A stretch of 64,000 nucleotides of DNA from an uncultured Gammaproteobacteria bacterium (GTDB lineage: Bacteria; Patescibacteriota; Patescibacteriia; 2-01-FULL-39-33). A program made the translations under genes and the position numbers. The notes beneath the pieces were generated by a model that saw only the letters and a list, made by a program, of their open reading frames with translations, was not told the DNA's origin and made no database searches. Shown here piece after piece: positions 1-9,703 of this stretch. Numbering within the stretch: position 1 is the stretch's first letter; every line of letters starts with the position of its first letter. The stretch is taken from assembly GCA_964350585.1 (NCBI GenBank), contig CAYGKC010000003.1:4678-68677 (forward strand). Reading direction: 5' to 3'.

Positions 1-1
1 A

Positions 2-1753
2 GCGAAAAAAATAGTCAACGGAGATGTGCCAGACATTTTGCAGAACAAAAAAATTTATGCTCTTGATATGGCATCACTGGTGGCTGGAACTATTTATAGA
101 GGTGAGTTTGAAAACAGAATAAAACAGATAATTGATGAAGTCCGCCAAAAAACAAATGTAATACTTTTTATTGATGAAATACATAATATAGTAGGTGCGG
201 GTTCAGCTGCCGGATCAATGGATGCGGCTAATATTTTAAAGCCCGCCCTTGCGCGAGGAGAGATCAGATGCATTGGTGCAACTACTTATCAAGATTACAG
301 AAAAAGTATTGAAAATGATCCTGCCTTGGAGCGACGTTTTCAACCGATCAGAATCGAAGAACCTTCATCCGAAGAAGCCAAAAAGATACTAGCTGGAATT
401 AGGCCTTTTTTTGAAGGGTTTCATGGAGTTGTGATCAAAGATGATGCAATTTCAGCCGCAGTTGAACTCAGTCAGAAATATCTTCCTGAAAAATTCCTCC
501 CTGACAAAGCAATTGATCTAATTGATGAAGCTTCAGCCTCAATAAAAGTTTTAGCTAAGACTTCTCCGGCGCAAAAAAAAGCACGTAAATTAGAATCGGA
601 AATTTCTCAAAAAGAGAAAGAAAAAAATAATGCCATAATTCAAGAAAAGTTTGATGAAGCAATAATGAAAAAAGATGAAATTGATAAAATTGCCATTGAA
701 CTTAAAGAACTAAAATCAAAAATTGCCTCTCAAAAAGGTGGAATTATTGGTGAAATCAGTGCAGGAGATATTGCTAAAATTGTTTCAAAAATTACAGGCA
801 TCCCCCACACCGAACTTCTTTCAGAAGAAAAAATTCGAATACTCTCTTTAGCGAAAAATTTAAAGAGGGAAATAATCGGGCAAGATAACGCTTTAGAAAC
901 AGTTTCAAACTTTATCAAAAGATCCAAAGCTGGGCTTAGCAATGAAAACAGGCCATTAGCCTCTTTTATGCTTGTTGGACCAAGCGGAGTGGGAAAAACC
1001 TATACGGCAAAAGTTCTTTCTAAACTGCTTTTTAATGATGAAAAAGCTCTTATAAGAATTGATATGTCTGAGTATAGTGAAAAGTTTAACGTCTCAAAAC
1101 TTATTGGCGCACCTGCCGGTTATGTGGGATATAAAGAAAGCGGACAATTAACTGAAAAAGTAAAACATAAGCCATATTCTATTGTGCTTTTTGATGAAGT
1201 TGAAAAAGCAAATCCTGAAGTTTTTGACTTACTTCTTCAAGTTCTTGACGACGGATATTTAACTGACGCGGCAGGATCAAAAATAAATTTTAAAAATACA
1301 ATCATAATAATGACTTCCAATATCGGCACGAACATTTTCAAAAAAACATCAAAGCTGGGATTTGGAACGGGCCAAGATAGTAATCTAAAATGGGCTGAAG
1401 ACAAAATAATGAGCGATGTTAAAAACCATTTTAAGATGGAATTTTTAAACAGGTTGGATCAAGTAATTTTCTTTGCTCCACTTTCTTTAAAATCCTTAAC
1501 AAAAATAGCCGCTCTTGAACTTGAAAAACTGGGCAAATCCCTTTTAGCCAAAGATATACATCTGAAATTTGACCCTGAAGTTGCGCAATTTTTAGCTAAT
1601 GAAGATACGCAAGAAAAAGGAGTAAGGGCAATAAAGAAAAATATTAGAGATTTGATTGAGACTCCCCTTTCCCATAAAATCCTTGAAGGTAAAATTGGAG
1701 ACGGAGGAAATATACACCTTAGCATAAAAAATGGTATAATAGATTTAAGCTAA
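2..1753 (+). CDS. clpC: Clp-family AAA+ chaperone ATPase, C-terminal part (5' end outside window); ClpC/ClpA-like
   Basis: Reading frame is open from position 2 (…GDVPDIL…). Second AAA+ module has Walker A LVGPSGVGKTYTAK and Walker B IVLFDEVEKA, followed by the sensor/Clp C-terminal D2-small domain. The KLGFGTG loop resembles the ClpP-docking IGF/LGF tripeptide, which favours ClpC/ClpA over ClpB. Stop TAA at 1751-1753. Confidence 0.75.
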   Translation, partial: AKKIVNGDVPDILQNKKIYALDMASLVAGTIYRGEFENRIKQIIDEVRQKTNVILFIDEIHNIVGAGSAAGSMDAANILKPALARGEIRCIGATTYQDYRKSIENDPALERRFQPIRIEEPSSEEAKKILAGIRPFFEGFHGVVIKDDAISAAVELSQKYLPEKFLPDKAIDLIDEASASIKVLAKTSPAQKKARKLESEISQKEKEKNNAIIQEKFDEAIMKKDEIDKIAIELKELKSKIASQKGGIIGEISAGDIAKIVSKITGIPHTELLSEEKIRILSLAKNLKREIIGQDNALETVSNFIKRSKAGLSNENRPLASFMLVGPSGVGKTYTAKVLSKLLFNDEKALIRIDMSEYSEKFNVSKLIGAPAGYVGYKESGQLTEKVKHKPYSIVLFDEVEKANPEVFDLLLQVLDDGYLTDAAGSKINFKNTIIIMTSNIGTNIFKKTSKLGFGTGQDSNLKWAEDKIMSDVKNHFKMEFLNRLDQVIFFAPLSLKSLTKIAALELEKLGKSLLAKDIHLKFDPEVAQFLANEDTQEKGVRAIKKNIRDLIETPLSHKILEGKIGDGGNIHLSIKNGIIDLS

Positions 1754-1784
1754 TATCCCATTGGAAGGTGATTTTTGAAGGGAT

Positions 1785-2600
1785 TTGCTTTTCCTAATTT
1801 TTAAATTTGCCTCAATGCCGAATCAATTAGTATCACCCAGTAATGAAGAGGTGGTCTTGTCTGTAGCAGATGCAATTAAAAGAGACCAGGAAGCGGCGAG
1901 ATCCGAAGGAGCTAAAAATAAAAACGTAAATAAATCTATCGGTTCAATAATGGGCGAATCTTCCTCGGAAAACAGTCTAAATAATCCCAAGAAAAAAAGA
2001 AATAAAAACACTCAAGGAAAAGCAATCTATTCCCCTAACGAAGATGACAGAAGCCTTGAATACGAAAGTAAAAAAAATAAAGAAAAAGATAGTGAAGATA
2101 CAGATGAAGAAGAACTTGATGAAGACGGAGAAGAACCAGCTGATAATTCTCCAGAAAGTGAGGTTGAAAATACTCCTGAATTCAAAATTAATCAAGCAAG
2201 CAAAATAAGAGAAGATCAGCAAAAAGATCTTGCTTCACAAGAAAATGGACCAGAAAAGTCCGAAGAGATGAATTCTGAAGAAAAAGAAGAAGAAAATAAA
2301 AATTCAGAAGATAAAGAAGAGCAAGATGAAACAGATAAATCCTACAAAAATTTTGGCGGTAATATGGGTGGTTCGGGAATGAATGAAATGTTAAAAAAGC
2401 AAGTTAAAAAAAGAGTGATGATGTGGATAATAATGGCAATATTACCATTGTTATTATATATTATAGTTACACTGCTAATTTTAATTCTTATTATTATTCT
2501 CACACTGTTTATTACTAATCACCCGTGGAAAGCGGCTTTCGCTGGATTTCAAGTCTTATTTGGGGATTTGGGCGGAGCAGTTGAAACAGTTATTCAATAA
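1785..2600 (+). CDS. hypothetical highly acidic (Glu/Asp/Lys-rich, low-complexity) protein with C-terminal hydrophobic membrane segment
   Basis: ORF of 271 aa. Long E/D/K/S-rich low-complexity stretch, then C-terminal TM-like stretch MMWIIMAILPLLLYIIVTLLILILIIILTLFI. No recognisable catalytic motif. First gene of a co-directional run of envelope proteins. Confidence 0.35.
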   Translation: MLFLIFKFASMPNQLVSPSNEEVVLSVADAIKRDQEAARSEGAKNKNVNKSIGSIMGESSSENSLNNPKKKRNKNTQGKAIYSPNEDDRSLEYESKKNKEKDSEDTDEEELDEDGEEPADNSPESEVENTPEFKINQASKIREDQQKDLASQENGPEKSEEMNSEEKEEENKNSEDKEEQDETDKSYKNFGGNMGGSGMNEMLKKQVKKRVMMWIIMAILPLLLYIIVTLLILILIIILTLFITNHPWKAAFAGFQVLFGDLGGAVETVIQ

Positions 2601-2602
2601 AT

Positions 2603-3823
2603 ATGAACATAGATTATAAAAAATTGGCCTTAATAATTTTAGTCATTGCAGCGACGGTAGCTCTTATTTTTTTAATTTATTTTCTTTTTTATAAACCAAT
2701 AACCAGTACCTTTAATGGTGGAGCTGATGAGAGGCAAAAGACTACCAGCGGGACACTATCCCCGGCCGGACCCGCGGGAACTGACGGATCATCCTCCGGA
2801 GGCTCTAATGAAACCGGAACTCAAGGAAATAACCAGTCAGAGGGACAAATACTTCCAACAGAGAATGCTGAAAATTCTAAGTTAAAAAAACTCACCGATT
2901 TTCCTGCTTATTTTTCATCACCTTCAGATAACGGTCTAGTTTATTATAACTATTCAGACGGTAAATTTTACAAAATACTTCCTGATGGGTCTATCTCTTT
3001 ATTAAGCGATAAAGTTTTCCATAATGTTTCCAATATTGTTTGGTCAAATGGCAAGAATAAAGCAATACTACAGTATCCAGATGGATCAAATATAATTTAT
3101 GATTTTAAGCAAGACAAACAAATAACCCTTCAAAAGCATTGGTCGGATTTCACCTTTTCTCCAAGCGACCAGCAAATTGCTTTCAAAAGCTTTGGCATTG
3201 ATCCTGAAAACAGATTCTTGGCGATAGGAGATACAAACGGATCGAATCTGAAAATCCTTGAGTCAATCGGGGGTGTTGAAAATAAATTCTCAGTAAACTG
3301 GTCACCAAACAACTCAATGGTTGCGAATTTCATAGAAAGCAATGGGATGGATAGGTCAGAAATTTATTTTATCGGACAAAACAATGAAAACTTTAAATCA
3401 ATGCTTGTTCAGGGACGCGGTTTTGAAGGAGTATGGACACCTGATGGAACCGCAATGGTTTATAGCACTTACGATACATCAGATTATATACCTCAGCTAT
3501 GGATTTCCGGAGCCGGTCCTGAAAATATAGGCGTTGGAAGAAACGTTTTAGGCATAAATACATGGATTGATAAATGTTCGTTTTCAGGCAATACCACTTT
3601 ATATTGCGCAGTACCACAGCAAATGCCTACCGGTTCTGCTTTAGAACCGTCCTTAACTTTGGGTATTTCCGATAACATATACAAAATAGATCTTCAAACT
3701 GGAAACAAACAACTAATTACCAACTCTAACCACACAATCAATAAAATTTTTCCTTTAAATAATGGAAATGACCTACTTTTTACTGATGCCTTTACGGGAG
3801 AAATTTACAGAATAGAAAATTAA
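2603..3823 (+). CDS. membrane-anchored TolB-like beta-propeller (PD40/WD40-like repeat) protein
   Basis: N-terminal TM LALIILVIAATVALIFLIYFLF, then Gly/Ser/Thr-rich linker. Repeated WSPNG/WTPDG-type motifs (WSNGKNKAILQY, WSPNNSMVANF, WTPDGTAMVYST) are typical of TolB-type propeller blades. Start sits 3 nt after the previous stop. Confidence 0.5.
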   Translation: MNIDYKKLALIILVIAATVALIFLIYFLFYKPITSTFNGGADERQKTTSGTLSPAGPAGTDGSSSGGSNETGTQGNNQSEGQILPTENAENSKLKKLTDFPAYFSSPSDNGLVYYNYSDGKFYKILPDGSISLLSDKVFHNVSNIVWSNGKNKAILQYPDGSNIIYDFKQDKQITLQKHWSDFTFSPSDQQIAFKSFGIDPENRFLAIGDTNGSNLKILESIGGVENKFSVNWSPNNSMVANFIESNGMDRSEIYFIGQNNENFKSMLVQGRGFEGVWTPDGTAMVYSTYDTSDYIPQLWISGAGPENIGVGRNVLGINTWIDKCSFSGNTTLYCAVPQQMPTGSALEPSLTLGISDNIYKIDLQTGNKQLITNSNHTINKIFPLNNGNDLLFTDAFTGEIYRIEN

Positions 3824-3824
3824 A

Positions 3825-4520
3825 ATGAAAAATATAATAAAAAAGAATTATGTTCGTTTTATATTTATCTGTTTAGGAGCAATTATTGCTTTAAGTTTTT
3901 TTTTACTCATCATTTACTATTTCTTAGTCTTTAATCAGACACCTACGTATGAAGCAGAGTTAGAAGAAGATTATTCAAAAATATCCTCGGGATTTGTCAG
4001 TTATACAGAAGACAATTACTATCCAACATTGCCTGAAACAGCACCAATAAAAGGCAATCCAAATGCTAGTGTAGTTATTTACGAATTTGCGGATTTTGGT
4101 TGTAATTATAGCGCACAAATGCAACCGATAATCAGTTCCCTACTAAAAAAATTTCCTGAAAAAATCAAAGTTGTTTTTAAAGATTCTCCTACAGATTATT
4201 CTTATCCGGCCCATCTTGCAGCAAGGTGCGCGCAAGCTCAAGGAAAATTTTGGGAATATTCCGACATGTTATGGAAGCAAAAAGATTTTTCAGATGCAAC
4301 TATAATTTCTTTAGCTCAATCATTGAATTTGAATCTGGAAGACTTTAATTTGTGTATTCAAAATAAAAGTGCTGATAAATTTATCGAATATGATTCTAAA
4401 GAAGCGGATGCCTTATCAATTTTAGGAACTCCTCATCTTTACATCAATAAAATCGAAATAGCAGGCTTTTCAACAGAAGAAGAATTGGTTAAAATCATTC
4501 AAAATGAAATAAATAACTAG
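3825..4520 (+). CDS. DsbA-family thioredoxin-fold protein with CxxS (single-cysteine) active-site motif, membrane-anchored
   Basis: N-terminal TM, then ASVVIYEFADFGCNYSAQ with C-N-Y-S where DsbA has CxxC, and a GKFWEY helical-domain motif. Paralogous to 48476..49291, which has CEKS and GKFWQF. Confidence 0.55.
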   Translation: MKNIIKKNYVRFIFICLGAIIALSFFLLIIYYFLVFNQTPTYEAELEEDYSKISSGFVSYTEDNYYPTLPETAPIKGNPNASVVIYEFADFGCNYSAQMQPIISSLLKKFPEKIKVVFKDSPTDYSYPAHLAARCAQAQGKFWEYSDMLWKQKDFSDATIISLAQSLNLNLEDFNLCIQNKSADKFIEYDSKEADALSILGTPHLYINKIEIAGFSTEEELVKIIQNEINN

Positions 4521-4947
4521 CAAATGAATAAAAAATTTATATTTTTTTTAATAATTTTATCTTTTTTCTTCTCTATTTTGTTTTCTACTCCGTTAGCCTA
4601 TGCCGCTGATCCTGTTGTAACTCAAAGTTATGAGCTAAACACTCCCATAGGAGGAATTAAAGAATTTAATGTTAGTCAAGGAAGCAATGATATTTTAGGA
4701 AAATACGTAAAAGCATGGTACGGATTTTTATTAGGCATTGTTGGAATTTTAGCGGCTGTAGTGATAATATTCGCAGGAGTAAGATGGATGATATCAAGAG
4801 GGAATTCTTCAGAAACAGGACAGGCTAAAGAAATGATGGTTTCTGCTATTTCTGGACTTGTTTTAGCATTGCTTGCTTACACAATTTTATACTTAATAAA
4901 CCCAACTCTGGTAGTTATAAAAATGCCAGCGCTTGATCCGTTGTATA
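4512..4947 (+). repeat. 436-bp direct repeat, copy 1 (100% identical to 5505..5940): intergenic tail, start codon and N-terminal module of the hydrolase gene
   Basis: Block-by-block comparison of the two regions in the raw sequence found no mismatch. Identity starts 12 nt upstream of the ATG and ends at codon 141/142. Confidence 0.9.
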
Positions 4948-5513
4948 GTGAAGCAACGGAAGGAAGTGCAGGAGCATTAAGAGAAGGCGCAAGAGAAAGA
5001 GCTGACTGCCCACAAACTTCCCAATCTTGTAGAAATTCCACAACCGGTGTGTTAGATTTTGGAAATGTTCCTCCAAAAGCTCCCACAATACCAGCAGACA
5101 TTGAAGCCATAATTACAAGAGTGGCTGGCACTGATAATAATATGAGAGCAATGCTTAGAGCAATATGTATGGCGGAAAGCGGATGTAATCCCAATACCAG
5201 AAGTAGTAGTGCAGGAGCCATAGGCTTAATGCAAATAATGCCTTCCACTGGTGCCAGACTCAACTATACACCTGAACAGCTTAGAGATCCTGAAACCAGC
5301 ATCAGAGGAGCTGCAGCATTAATAACAGAAGGGCGGGCAAAAGGATATACACCACCCCAAATTGCAGCATATTATAACGGCGGCAGCGGTGCTGTTGCTG
5401 CAAGTAGAGACTGCCCAGGAGTTCAAGCCTATCAATGTTGCACAAATCCAGGATGCTTAACTCAAACGCAAGATTATGTTCCTAAAGTTATGAGTTATTA
5501 TAATAATAACTAG
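4524..5513 (+). CDS. secreted/membrane cell-wall hydrolase: T4SS-pilin-like N-terminal module (signal peptide + 2 TM helices) fused to lytic transglycosylase (SLT, VirB1-like) domain
   Basis: N-terminus is a signal peptide ending AYAA. Two hydrophobic helices follow (GFLLGIVGILAAVVIIFAGV; MMVSAISGLVLALLAYTILYLI), giving TrbC/VirB2 or T4SS_pilin-like topology. C-terminal SLT motifs AICMAESGCNPN (catalytic Glu-Ser) and AIGLMQIMPSTG. First 141 aa are identical to the next gene. Confidence 0.65.
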   Translation: MNKKFIFFLIILSFFFSILFSTPLAYAADPVVTQSYELNTPIGGIKEFNVSQGSNDILGKYVKAWYGFLLGIVGILAAVVIIFAGVRWMISRGNSSETGQAKEMMVSAISGLVLALLAYTILYLINPTLVVIKMPALDPLYSEATEGSAGALREGARERADCPQTSQSCRNSTTGVLDFGNVPPKAPTIPADIEAIITRVAGTDNNMRAMLRAICMAESGCNPNTRSSSAGAIGLMQIMPSTGARLNYTPEQLRDPETSIRGAAALITEGRAKGYTPPQIAAYYNGGSGAVAASRDCPGVQAYQCCTNPGCLTQTQDYVPKVMSYYNNN

Positions 5514-5940
5514 CAAATGAATAAAAAATTTATATTTTTTTTAATAATTTTATCTTTTTTCTTCTCTATTTTGTTTTCTACTCCGTTAGCCTATGCCGCT
5601 GATCCTGTTGTAACTCAAAGTTATGAGCTAAACACTCCCATAGGAGGAATTAAAGAATTTAATGTTAGTCAAGGAAGCAATGATATTTTAGGAAAATACG
5701 TAAAAGCATGGTACGGATTTTTATTAGGCATTGTTGGAATTTTAGCGGCTGTAGTGATAATATTCGCAGGAGTAAGATGGATGATATCAAGAGGGAATTC
5801 TTCAGAAACAGGACAGGCTAAAGAAATGATGGTTTCTGCTATTTCTGGACTTGTTTTAGCATTGCTTGCTTACACAATTTTATACTTAATAAACCCAACT
5901 CTGGTAGTTATAAAAATGCCAGCGCTTGATCCGTTGTATA
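5505..5940 (+). repeat. 436-bp direct repeat, copy 2 (tandem, 993 bp offset)
   Basis: Same evidence as copy 1. Sequence diverges completely immediately after ...ccgttgtata. Confidence 0.9.
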
Positions 5941-6329
5941 CTGAAAGCGGTTTAGGCGAAGAAAGCAGTGAAGAAGGTGAAGGCACAGGAAGAGCAGGGA
6001 GTGCGGGCAATAGCGCATCTATCGATGAATTAACACCAGAAGCTCAAGCCTTACATAGATCAATAGTTGAAACATGCGGTCCCGTAACTGCCAACTCTAC
6101 ATACCGACCGGCAAATCGCGCTTCTGCGCATTATAGCAGAATAGCAATTGACTATCCAAGAACTACAGCAATGGATAATTGCATGAATGGCATAATAAAT
6201 GGAGTGGAACCGTATACTAGAGACAAGCAGGGCAATCCCATTTACAGAGTCACTTTTCCTAATGGCGCCAGCGGAAGAATAATTGATGAGCCAGGTAATA
6301 ATTGCTGGCATATTGACCTAAGACCTTAG
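5517..6329 (+). CDS. paralogous cell-wall hydrolase: same pilin-like N-terminal module fused to LAS/M15-type (YcbK/DUF882-like) zinc peptidase domain
   Basis: N-terminal 141 aa are identical to 4524..5513. C-terminus has SAHYSRIAIDY (H-x6-D) and NCWHIDLRP (HxDxR), which resemble Zn-ligand motifs of the peptidase M15/hedgehog-DD-peptidase fold. The family assignment is inferred from motif resemblance only. Confidence 0.5.
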   Translation: MNKKFIFFLIILSFFFSILFSTPLAYAADPVVTQSYELNTPIGGIKEFNVSQGSNDILGKYVKAWYGFLLGIVGILAAVVIIFAGVRWMISRGNSSETGQAKEMMVSAISGLVLALLAYTILYLINPTLVVIKMPALDPLYTESGLGEESSEEGEGTGRAGSAGNSASIDELTPEAQALHRSIVETCGPVTANSTYRPANRASAHYSRIAIDYPRTTAMDNCMNGIINGVEPYTRDKQGNPIYRVTFPNGASGRIIDEPGNNCWHIDLRP

Positions 6330-6331
6330 AA

Positions 6332-7648
6332 ATGATCAAATCTAATACATTTATTTGCTCAAATTGCGGCGCCCAGTATCCTAAATGGCAAGGGCGTTGT
6401 TTGGAATGTGGAAAATGGAGTACAATCATTGAAGAAACCGATAATAATCACCAAGCAAACGGGAAACAAGATATTCCCATACTTCTTTCTGAACTTAAGG
6501 TTTTAAACCAAGATAGAATTAAAACAAATATTGATGAATTAGACAGAGTTTTAGGCGGAGGTATTGTAAAAGGAGCGGTAATACTAATCGGAGGCGATCC
6601 TGGAATAGGAAAATCAACTTTAGCATTGCAAATAGCACAGGGCATTAAAAAAACGTTATATGCTTCCGGAGAAGAATCGGCAAATCAAATTAAAATTAGA
6701 TTTGATCGCTTAAAACTTAAGCCGAATGAGTTAAACTTTTTACCACAGACTGATGTTAATAGGATTATATCAACTGCACTCTCAATAAATCCTGAACTGC
6801 TAATAATCGATTCAATTCAAACATTAACGGATGCGGATGTGCCAAGCGGAGCCGGAAGCCTTATACAAATAACAAACTGTTCGGGCAAACTGATTCAATT
6901 TGCAAAAACTAAAAACATTCCAGTTATAATAGTTGGACATGTCACCAAAGAAGGAATAGTTGCCGGACCAAAAACATTAGAACACTTGGTAGATACTGTA
7001 TTATACCTCGAGAATGACAGCCAAAATTTTTATAAAATATTACGAGGAACTAAAAACCGTTTCGGCTCAACAGGTGAAATAGGAATTTTTGAAATGACAC
7101 AATCCGGACTCATAGAAATTAAAAATCCGACGCAAATATTTGTGGAAGAAAACGGATCCGAACATCCAGGCAAGGCAATGTCAATAATTATGGAAGGAAG
7201 CAGGCCTTTTCTAGTTGAAATTCAAGCTCTTGTTTCTAAAACTATATTCGGATACCCACAAAGAAAATCAACCGGTTATGATCTGAATAGAATGCAGATG
7301 ATCATAGCTGTTATTTCCAAAATTGCAAAAATAAATTTAAGCAATCAAGATATTTATTTAAATATTGCTGGAGGTATAAAAGTTAAAGATACTGCAATAG
7401 ATTTAGCAGTAGCTTTAGCCATAATTTCTGCATTTATCGAAATAAATATAAATCATAAAAGCCTGATAATAGGAGAAATAGGGTTATCCGGCGAAATAAG
7501 AAATGTTACTCAAATGGAAAGAAGAATTAAAGAAGCAAAAAATTTAAATTTTAATAAAATTATTCTTTCTCCCATAAAAACAGACGAGAACTTTCTTTTA
7601 AAAGCCAAGGATATTAAAGAAGCGATAAACTACATTACAAAAAGTTGA
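6332..7648 (+). CDS. radA: DNA repair protein RadA/Sms
   Basis: N-terminal C4 zinc finger CSNCGAQYPKWQGRCLECGKW. RecA-like Walker A GGDPGIGKST, KNRFG motif, and C-terminal Lon-protease-like domain. Stop is TGA. Confidence 0.9.
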   Translation: MIKSNTFICSNCGAQYPKWQGRCLECGKWSTIIEETDNNHQANGKQDIPILLSELKVLNQDRIKTNIDELDRVLGGGIVKGAVILIGGDPGIGKSTLALQIAQGIKKTLYASGEESANQIKIRFDRLKLKPNELNFLPQTDVNRIISTALSINPELLIIDSIQTLTDADVPSGAGSLIQITNCSGKLIQFAKTKNIPVIIVGHVTKEGIVAGPKTLEHLVDTVLYLENDSQNFYKILRGTKNRFGSTGEIGIFEMTQSGLIEIKNPTQIFVEENGSEHPGKAMSIIMEGSRPFLVEIQALVSKTIFGYPQRKSTGYDLNRMQMIIAVISKIAKINLSNQDIYLNIAGGIKVKDTAIDLAVALAIISAFIEININHKSLIIGEIGLSGEIRNVTQMERRIKEAKNLNFNKIILSPIKTDENFLLKAKDIKEAINYITKS

Positions 7649-9694
7649 TTATTCCCTATGTGTTACATATCCGAAATCTGAAATTTTTTCCTTTATCTGA
7701 TTAATTGATTCCTTATCTTCGTTAGCCATACTCCAAGCTGCCCAATGCTTGGCTTTTTTTATCAAATCAATATCATTTATATCTGCAATTTTAAAATCGA
7801 CAAAACCAGATTGTTTTGTTGAATAAATTGAACCGCCACCTCTGGTCTCCAAATCATAATTAGCCAATTTAAAACCATCATTACAAGAAGCCATATAATT
7901 TAACCTTCTTATGACTTGTTCATCATTTTTATCACTAAATAAAAAGCAATAAGATTGATGCATTCCCCTTCCGACTCTCCCCCTAAACTGATGTAATTGA
8001 GCAAGCCCAAACCTCTCTGATCCTTCTATCATCATAACGTTAGCATTAGGTACATCTATTCCTACCTCTATCACTGATGTAGATACTAAAATCTTTATTT
8101 TATTTTCAATAAATTCTCTCATTATTTTTTCTTTTTCTTCAGCCTTCATTTTTCCATGCAAAAGGCCAACTAATAATTCGGGAAAGATTGTTTTATCTAA
8201 TTTTTCATACTCTTCTTTTACTGATTTAACTCCAAGAAAATCCGATGGATCAACTAAGGGACAAATAATAAAAACCTGCCTTCCGTTTACAATTTGCTTT
8301 TTAATGAATTCATAAGCTAAGCGCCTTTTTTCAGAAGGGACAACTTTTGTTATTATCTGCCTTCTGCCACTGGGCATCTGTTTAATAATGGATAAGTCGA
8401 GATCGCCGTAACAAATCAAAGCAAGAGATCGAGGAATCGGAGTTGCGGTCATTGAAAGAAAGTGCGGTGTTTTTCGGTTTAAATTTTTTTCCTTCAATAA
8501 CTTCCTTTGTTCGACTCCAAAACGATGCTGTTCATCAACAATAACCAATCCTAAATTTAAAAATTGAATTTTTTCTTGTATAACAGCATGGGTGCCGATT
8601 ATAAAATTAACTTTACCTTTTTTTATTAACTCGATTAAATCATTCTCCTTAACATCTTTTCCGTTGATAGATTTAAAGGACCTGGCCAGTATGGCAATAT
8701 TAATTTTTTCTTTTTTAAAAATTTTTCTTGCACTCTCATAGTGCTGTTTGGCAAGAACTTCAGTAGGTACCATTAATACTGTTTGAAGTGATGATAAATA
8801 TGCGTTTAAAACAGCAATAAATGCAACAATAGTCTTACCCGAACCAACATCGCCTTCCAACATTCTATTCATTGGGATTTCTTTGCCTAAATCTTTTATT
8901 ATTTCCCAAGTAGCTTTTTTTTGATCTATTGTAAGATTAAAACCAAGACTGGAAATAAAATCTTTGGATTTTTTTTCATCAAAAGTTATTGGCGAAGCTT
9001 TTTTATTTGATAATTCGTTTTTTATCAATTCAGAAGCAAATTGCATTAAGTATATCTCATCAAAAGAAATTCTTTCCTTAGCCTTTTTTAACTTCTCCTC
9101 CGAAACCGGATAATGAATATTCACTATCGCCTCTTTTAAATTTAAAAAACCTTCTTCTTGAATAATTTTAGTTGAAAGATGATCAGTAATTTCAAAACTT
9201 TTAATTACTTCTTTTACAAGTGAACGTATATGTTTCTGGTTCAAACCTGATGTTAGCGAGTAAATTGGCAATAATCCGTTTTCAAAATTTTTAGAAAAAG
9301 AATAGTTTGGACAGCTTAAATAGCAGTCTGAATTATCACCGATTATTTTACCGGAAAAAAACAATTCCTGCCCTGCTTTAATATTTTTTGTAAGCCAAGG
9401 TTGGTTAAACCAAAGTATTTTAACAGATCCAGTATTATCACTGACCAGTGCCTCCACAATATTTTTTCTATTGTATCTGGTTTTTTTGGCGCTAATCAAT
9501 TCTACAGTTCCAAAAATATTTACCATAGTGCCGGCCTTCAAGTCAGAAATATTTGTATTCTCATATGATTCATATCTGAAGGGAAAATAAAAAATGAGAT
9601 CCTTAACGGTCTCAATTTGTAAAAATTTTAATTTACCAGCCAAAATCTTTGAAACTCCTGATAAATCCTTTATTTTATTATTTAAATCTAACAT
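7649..9694 (-). CDS. recG: ATP-dependent DNA helicase RecG
   Basis: SF2 helicase motifs GDVGSGKT (I), VIVDEQHRFG (II) and MTATPIPRS (III), plus a wedge/OB region. The ORF track extends to 9745, but that extension overlaps a tRNA. The Met at 9694 (MLDLNNKIKDL…) is the plausible start. Stop abuts the radA stop, so the genes are convergent. Confidence 0.85.
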   Translation of the reverse strand: MLDLNNKIKDLSGVSKILAGKLKFLQIETVKDLIFYFPFRYESYENTNISDLKAGTMVNIFGTVELISAKKTRYNRKNIVEALVSDNTGSVKILWFNQPWLTKNIKAGQELFFSGKIIGDNSDCYLSCPNYSFSKNFENGLLPIYSLTSGLNQKHIRSLVKEVIKSFEITDHLSTKIIQEEGFLNLKEAIVNIHYPVSEEKLKKAKERISFDEIYLMQFASELIKNELSNKKASPITFDEKKSKDFISSLGFNLTIDQKKATWEIIKDLGKEIPMNRMLEGDVGSGKTIVAFIAVLNAYLSSLQTVLMVPTEVLAKQHYESARKIFKKEKINIAILARSFKSINGKDVKENDLIELIKKGKVNFIIGTHAVIQEKIQFLNLGLVIVDEQHRFGVEQRKLLKEKNLNRKTPHFLSMTATPIPRSLALICYGDLDLSIIKQMPSGRRQIITKVVPSEKRRLAYEFIKKQIVNGRQVFIICPLVDPSDFLGVKSVKEEYEKLDKTIFPELLVGLLHGKMKAEEKEKIMREFIENKIKILVSTSVIEVGIDVPNANVMMIEGSERFGLAQLHQFRGRVGRGMHQSYCFLFSDKNDEQVIRRLNYMASCNDGFKLANYDLETRGGGSIYSTKQSGFVDFKIADINDIDLIKKAKHWAAWSMANEDKESINQIKEKISDFGYVTHRE

Positions 9695-9703
9695 AAAATC
9701 TTT

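Noticed and set aside
4512-5940. CRISPR array or IS element as explanation for the 436-bp direct repeat
   Set aside because: There are only two copies, each is coding (gene 5' ends), there are no short spacer-repeat periodicity or terminal inverted repeats, and no transposase nearby.
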